A DNA stretch of 64,000 nucleotides from Plasmodiophora brassicae (Eukaryota): positions 1,240,001 to 1,304,000 of the forward strand of contig CP145410.1 in the NCBI GenBank assembly GCA_036867785.1, given 5' to 3'. How positions within the stretch are numbered: position 1 is the stretch's first letter; each line of letters starts with the position of its first letter. Shown piece after piece: positions 57,601 to 64,000 of this stretch. The position numbers and the translations under genes are program-made. The notes beneath the pieces were generated by a model, which saw only the letters and a program-made list of their open reading frames with translations, did not search any database and had not been told where the DNA came from.

Positions 57601-59200
57601 AATAGCTAACACTCGTATTGCACTGTAGAGGCGGTCTCACGCGAGCTTAATGACGCACAATCTGAAGCTGAATCACTAGCTGCGATCGCAGACCGTGCCA
57701 GATCGTCTTCCAACACGGCCGTGGACGAAAGTCGGCAGCTTCGTATGCAAGAACAGGTCTGTGGTTAAGCCTCCTCCGGTATGTTCTCTTTGTCTGACGA
57801 AACAAGATCAGACCCTTCAAAGTCGCCTCGATCAACTCAAAACGGAGATTTCTGATCTTCTGCGACCTTCTCAAGCTTATGATGGGCAGGACAACGACGC
57901 ATTAACGGAGCTGCAATCCCGAATTGATCAGTGCGACCAGGCGGTGGCAGATTGCGATGCCGATGAGGTAGAGTTTTATGCTAGATGATGTGGCTTGCAT
58001 TGGCAAACTTGTTCTCCAGGGCGTTAAGCAACAATTACTGGATAGCGCTCTTGAAGATCGGGAGGACAAAGTAAGCAGTGTTTGATCACCGTCGCCATAC
58101 CCGAGCTGCGCTCACTTTCGTCAGATCGCCGCTGTGACGAAGTACAACTCCGAAGCGTGTGATGCGGGTGCTCAACTTGAACAGGCGGCCGCTGACCTGA
58201 AGACTGCGCTTGATGATATTGCTGAACTCCAAATTAAGGTCTGTTGGTTCTAAGGTCTGTTTGTCTGATCTGATGTTGCTGCAATACTTCCAGGTTGACA
58301 AGGTCCAGCTCATCTTGAACAAACAGAAGGAAAAGGTGGCCGACGTCGAGAACACTGCATCATCGATGCGCTCCCGTTTGCAGGAGTGGCGAGCACGTGC
58401 AGAAGCAGAAGGTCCCGAAATCCAGACCGATCGACACTACGAAGATATCGCGAAAGAAATTGCGCAGTTACAGAAAAAGCAAAGGGATCAGGAAGCCCGT
58501 TTCGACTGCACCTTGGAAGAGGTACCAAACTGCACTGGCAACACTGGACCTGCTGGATAACTTATTGTCTATAGACTGTGCGACGATATACTGTTGCGAA
58601 ACAGAAGTACATGGATGCTCAGGTGCGCATCGAGGAAGGGCAATCAAATGTTCGGCGAATATATAGGAAGCGGGTGTCCAGCGTGAAGGACTGGACGACT
58701 TTCAAAAAGCGCATCGCCGGGCAGACAAATGCCAACTTCCTTTTCAATATGTCGCAGAAAGGGCACACAGGCGTGATTAAGTTTGACCATGGTATTCGCA
58801 TATTCGCTGCACTTTCAATGGCTATACGAAGCTAACGCGGCTGCGTGTTCCAGATAAGAACACATTGCATATGCACGTAAAGATGGCGAACAATCAAGGC
58901 GAGGCTGAAATGACAACCGATACGAAAGCGCTGTCCGGTGGAGAAAGGTCCTTCACAACATTGGCCTTTGTCGTTGCCATCGGCGAATCGATCCGAACTC
59001 CGTTTCGCGCTCTCGACGAATTCGACATCTTCATGGACAACATCAACCGCAAAATTGCAATCAATCTGTTGCTGGAGCTTTCCAAGAAGTACAAGAACAG
59101 GCAGCTTATCCTTATCACTCCGCAGGACGTTTCGATGGTGAAGGCCACGCGCACGACGTATGTTCTGCACTTAAGGCCGCCCGCTCGTGAACACCATTGA
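54625..59200 (+). CDS. SMC6: Structural maintenance of chromosomes protein 6, many introns
   Basis: GVIRRIKLLNFMCH, VNFIHG|ENGSGKSAIL..KASDTNRGSSLKDLIK, hinge PVIGPIGAHV, ALSGGERSFTT..PFRALDEFDIFMD..LILITPQ. Confidence 0.93.
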
Positions 59201-59328
59201 GACAATTGGCGCGACATGCTTCGCTCTTTGTATCAAAGTAAAATTGTCATAATCTACGAAACGAAGTCGCAGCTATAGGACGGAGCAAGCATGAATATCG
59301 GCAATTCGATTCGACTTGTATAACGCGT

Positions 59329-60633
59329 CTATTGCAATTCGGTTTCCGAGCCGCTGTAATCGGAAATTGCCTGCCATGATACGTATGAGGTGTCAAAGCA
59401 TAGCCATGCTGCTAGTGGACACGCGTACCGATGGCGTAACGATCCCGAGGTCCGTCATGAGAAGCGTAATGAGATGCGGGGGAGTATAGTCTTCCACAGG
59501 GAACTCGGCATTGAGCAGCGGCGAGTTTGACGACGCCCGTCGACTCGAAGTCTTCCATTGCAATGAAAGATCGGCCTGTGATAAGGGGAAATCACGAGTG
59601 AACTTGTAGGACTCGACGGCAACGTAAAACTGAACGCAGTCTGGTCAGCGCAGATGCGTGTTCGAAGGATACCGACTTACAGGACGATTGAGCGCTTTGG
59701 CAATGAGTGCGACGTTCAGCGTGCCGATGATGTTGATGATCCCACCATTCTCGACAACGCCGCTGGCACCGGTCATTACGAAATCGACCCGGCCCATGAC
59801 GAAGGCGACAGCGCGATCAGGAACAACGGTCACCGAAACGGAGAGCTCCAGAAGTCGTCGAATCATGCGATCCTGCGATTCATTGCCTTGATCGTCGGGC
59901 TGAGTCAGAATAACCGAAAACTGTTTGCCAAGCTGGACCGCAGTCTTGCAGTCGTCAGTTAGCTTCAACATTGATACTAATTGCATTTTGATTATTACCT
60001 CGAGGATAACAGTGACGACCATAGAGATGCCATGGACAAGGATGACACTATAGAACGTGATCAGAGAAAACGCAGGTCGCAAATGTTGAGCAGCCTGACG
60101 AGTTTTCCTGGATGAACTTGACGCCGAAATCGCAGATCTTCCGTCGACTCGACTGCGTGTGTTCAGCGAACCGTAGACCTCGGTCGACAAGTCGTGCTTT
60201 GCATTTCGCGAAATCCTGACGAAATCGTTCACCAGTTTACCGTGCTGCAAACGGTGCCGAGCGACCGCATACCAGGACTTCCAGGGACGTTCTCGTGACA
60301 TATCGCAGGAAGAGATCGCATGCGGCTCTCAAACTCGTGCGCTTCTCTTCGCCAACGAGCATCTGGACTGCGACAACGGACTCATTCAGTTCGTCCATGA
60401 CACCCATCATCGTCGTCGCTGCGACGGTTATCAGATTCGCATGCGGCCCGAAACTGCAACGACGCTGTACCGTTGGACAGGTCAATGATCTGCGCCAACG
60501 TATGGACGGCAGCGACGCCGACGGCCGCATCGGTGTTACGTTCAGAGAACTCCTTGAACACGCGGCACGCTGTGCAACCATCACGGTCATTGAGCAGGCA
60601 ACAGGACTGCGTGCTGGCCGCGCCTACCATCAT
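59329..60633 (-). CDS. EIF2B1: Translation initiation factor eIF2B subunit alpha
   Basis: AVGVAAVHTL, SLRAACDLFLRYVT, ILVHGISMVV, AVAFVMGRVDFVMTGASGVVENGGIIN, FYVAVESYKFTR, DYTPPHLITLLMTDLGIVTPS. Confidence 0.92.
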
Positions 60634-60816
60634 GAACTCCCATTGTGCCGCTTGTCTCTGGGCTGGCTCAGTCTCACGGACGCCGCTGCTGCTGCTGCAG
60701 ATTGCAGAGTCAGCCTGGAAGCGCTGCGCAGGAATTGGTAACGACTAACGACGCTAACAGGCACGCAAAGCAAACCCTTCAATTATACCGTTTATTAATG
60801 CTTCTAAAGCGTTATA

Positions 60817-62445
60817 TCAGGAAGCGAGGCTACTGTCAGCAATGAGTGGTTCGCCCAAGTCGTCGACTTCTTCCCATTCTTCGGGAATGGGGCTGGACAT
60901 CAGAATGTATATGCACAGGGCAAGGGCGACAAGCAATATCATGCAGGCGTAGACTCCCGTTCCTATTTGGAATCCGAAGCGTTGCATGAGCAGCCCGCCG
61001 ATGGTTGGGCCCAGGATCTCGCCCAATGAGAACGAAGCAGTGATAACACCCGACACGACGTCCATAGCCTGGCGGCCCAAATGGATAACGGCGTATGTCA
61101 TTGATGGGACAACAGGCACCAGGACCAGACTGCATCCTGCACTGATAAGTACAAGTGACACGACTTGGTAGCCGAATCCCGCGACGGGTAGCAGCCCGGA
61201 TAATAGGCATAAAGAGAACGCAATTAACAGGAGCCCAAAGACAATGAAGGGACGGGTGTTCCTAGGTGTCGTCAAGTAACCGACGAGAGGTGAACATATG
61301 GCGTAGACCGCAGAACTCAGCGTAAACAGAAGGCCGAGTTCGCTCGACGTAACATTCTGCCCAATGAAATGTGGCTGCAGAGCCAGTTCGAGGAATGCGA
61401 AAACAGACATGCCCAAGACAGCGGCCAGAACAATAAGTGCCACCCCAGGAGCACTCAGTATTCGCATTACAGAGATTTCGCTGATCTTGTGGTAATGCGT
61501 GGCGCGCTGAGGAACTAACCAGATAAGGGGGATCATGACGAGTAGTGTGGCCGCTGCAGCACATCGCTTCAGTAACACGAACAGCTTGAGAAAGGAACGG
61601 TTTACCTCCAATAACAAGGAAGGGCGTTTGGAATCCTCCGCGTTGATAGAGAAGACCGCCGATTGGAGGGCCAATCATGAACCCGATACTCTCTGCTACC
61701 TGGAAACGCGCGTTACGGCGTTGTTGCAGGCTGGAACAAAACCATTTCTTACGTCCATCAGGCCAGTTATCGTCCCGATCGATTCGGGGAACCGACCAGC
61801 AAGCATGGCCGTCGCACCCGTTTCTGTAGCTGCGCATCCGATACCTTGCAGGAGGCGGATACCGATGCCGAAGACGATAAATTGCATGCCATCGAAATTG
61901 TCGATCAAAGAAAAGCCGGCAACACATATGCTTGTCAGCAATCCGCCACCAATAATTAGGGCTTTCGGGCCCAGCATCGGGACAGAGAGGCCCCATAACG
62001 GTGCCGACAGGCAAACTGACAGGGGAAAGGCGCTTAGGATTAGGCCGACGGCTGTCAGAGGCACGCCGCGGTCGAGGGCTTCGTTCGGCTATAAGCATAC
62101 ATGGTCACAAGGGTTCTAAAATATGAGGAGCGCTCCTATGCTTACAAAGAAGGGACCGATTAGAGATCTGAACATTCACGTCAGATAAGAGCAGCCTCAA
62201 CAACGAGTGGGTAGCGTAGCTACTGACATAGGAATGTTCATGAATAGAGATAGAACCAATAACGCCGCGAAAGCGCGGTTGATAGTACCGCCGGAGATGA
62301 GGTTCAGTTCGCTGGGATTGTCGTCTTCGTCGTCTTCGTCTCCTTCCTCGATGTCCATTTTTGGCGCAGTGTCGTTGTCGCGTTTCGCGGGCGACGACGC
62401 GCTCGGCACGCCCAGGAGCCGTTCGCCCCGTACGACCGCATGCAT
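60817..62445 (-). CDS. MFS transporter, SLC18B1-like
   Basis: Many TM segments; IRLLQGIGCAATETG, AESIGFMIGPPIGGLLYQRGGFQTPF, SLGEILGPTIGGLL; dileucine-like termini (GERLL, GEPLI). Confidence 0.85.
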
Positions 62446-62976
62446 CCGACGGCGCCTCCAGCCCCGATGGTCGACGCTGACGCCAGGCGTCACAGGTCCG
62501 ATCTCGCGGGAGCGTACCTACTCCTATAGGCCGAATCAACGGAACGCAAAATGAAAAATCTGCCCGACGACGCCCTACAACAACAACAGCCGCAGGGCAC
62601 AGACAACCCACGCTCCCCTGCCCTACTTTTTGCGACGAATGACAACATCTCCGTAGTCGGAACTTGAAGTATGGCGCGCTATGTAGGTCTGGCATAAAAT
62701 ATAAGCTTGTGCTCCCCAATTATGGCTGCCGGCCGTGCGTCATGTCCCTCGTGCATGAAGGAAGCATGTCGACTTCCCCATCACGCTAAAAGCGTGGCAA
62801 AAACGCACCAGCATACGGTATATTTGCGAAGCAGCGCCGCGTGCGCTACGTTTCGTGAAACGATGAGCGTCGTCGCCGTCGCCGGGGTTCGAATTTAAAT
62901 CGGGGGCCTACGAAGGCGCCGTGTGCGGAACTGCGGAGAGCGTCGCGGACCCCGCGTCACTTGAAACGTGAACGAC

Positions 62977-64000
62977 ATGGCGGTGCAACACGTTGTCCAG
63001 GGACTGTGGAAGGAGGCCGTCGATGCTGCCGATGGTTCTGCTTGGAGGCCGTCGCCGATGACGCAGGACTGGGCCCTGATGGACACGACGACTGCTGCTG
63101 CCACAGTTGGAGCCTACTTGGTCGGCATCCTGGTCCTGCGGTTGTTCATGGGGTTCCGCGGCAAAGGATACAACGTGAAGTCACTCGTCCTGATTCACAA
63201 CATGGGTATGTTCCTGCTTAGCGCCTACATGTGCGTGGAGACCATCCGTCAGGCATGGCTGGCCAATTACTCCCTCTTCGGTACGCCGACTGTTCATGAC
63301 AATGGATCCGTTCTGATGCGGTTACAGGGAATGCTGTTGACGAGTCTCCAAAGGGCATCGGGATGGCACGGATTCTGCACATTTTCTTCGTGTCGAAGGT
63401 GGCATGTGTGTCCTCTTTGTACATTGAAGCGGCCCTGACAGCCTTCCTAAATGCAGGTGTTTGAATTCATGGACACGATCATTATGTGCCTGCGTTGCCG
63501 CTTCCGCCAGATTACCTTCTTACACGTCTACCACCACGCCAGTATTTTCGCTATCTGGTGGGCGATTGTCAAGTACTATCCAGGGGGAGGTCCGGCTTCG
63601 TGTCGCAGAATTGTGTGCTATGTACTGACGCCACATCACCTCAGAGGCGTACTTCTCCTGCACTCTGAACTCGTTTGTACACGTCGCGATGTATGGCTAC
63701 TACTTCTGGAGCGCCGTTGTCCCTCGCACTGACGAGAAACGGCCGCATTGGACTCATCCGGTAGAGAGACGATTCCTATCCATTGTTTTATATGTTTCGT
63801 TTACTGCCTCTCTTTGTAGGCGTTCTACCGTCGCTACATTACGCGGCTTCAAATGACCCAGTTCACAGTCATGCTCTTCCAGGCGGCATACGACTGCGTC
63901 GTTCCTTCGCCGTATCCGAAGCGAATGGCAATGCTGCTGTTTGTTTGTAAGTTCTTTCCGTTGCCCTGTCGCCTCTTAAAGATTGCTGAACAAGTCGTTT
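62977..64000 (+). CDS. ELO/GNS1-SUR4 fatty acid elongase (runs off window)
   Basis: HNMGMFLLSAYM, SK|VFEFMDT, ITFLHVYHH histidine box, LNSFVHVAMYGYY, YITRLQMTQF. Confidence 0.92.

Overview
Gene-dense, GC-rich eukaryotic nuclear DNA with many very short (about 45-65 bp) spliceosomal introns and flagellar genes. The style resembles a phytomyxid such as Plasmodiophora brassicae; this is inferred, not proven. About 25 protein genes can be supported, in order: an unknown helical protein, TIM21, CEP120, a DUF5765-like membrane protein, a GT60 GlcNAc-transferase, a UBL-PH-RhoGAP, CFAP74, CCDC51/She9, ELP1, a Mug135-like gene, a MOV10-like helicase, TBC1D32/BROMI, STI1/HOP, SPF30, MOT1/BTAF1, GUCD1, a small Tim, TYW1, RSP3, OGG1, DDI1, SDHAF2, a 56-aa microprotein, SMC6, eIF2B-alpha, an SLC18B1-like MFS transporter and an ELO elongase. 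Two decayed mariner (DD39D-type) transposase fragments are also present. The most interesting area is 23.3-29.5 kb. It holds a near-perfect 330-bp inverted duplication of a Mug135-like gene whose two copies start from one shared CATG. Next to it is an intronless MOV10/Armitage-like helicase fused to Egalitarian/EXD1-like winged-helix and catalytically dead exonuclease domains. Exon boundaries were read by eye and family calls come from recalled motifs; no searches were run.
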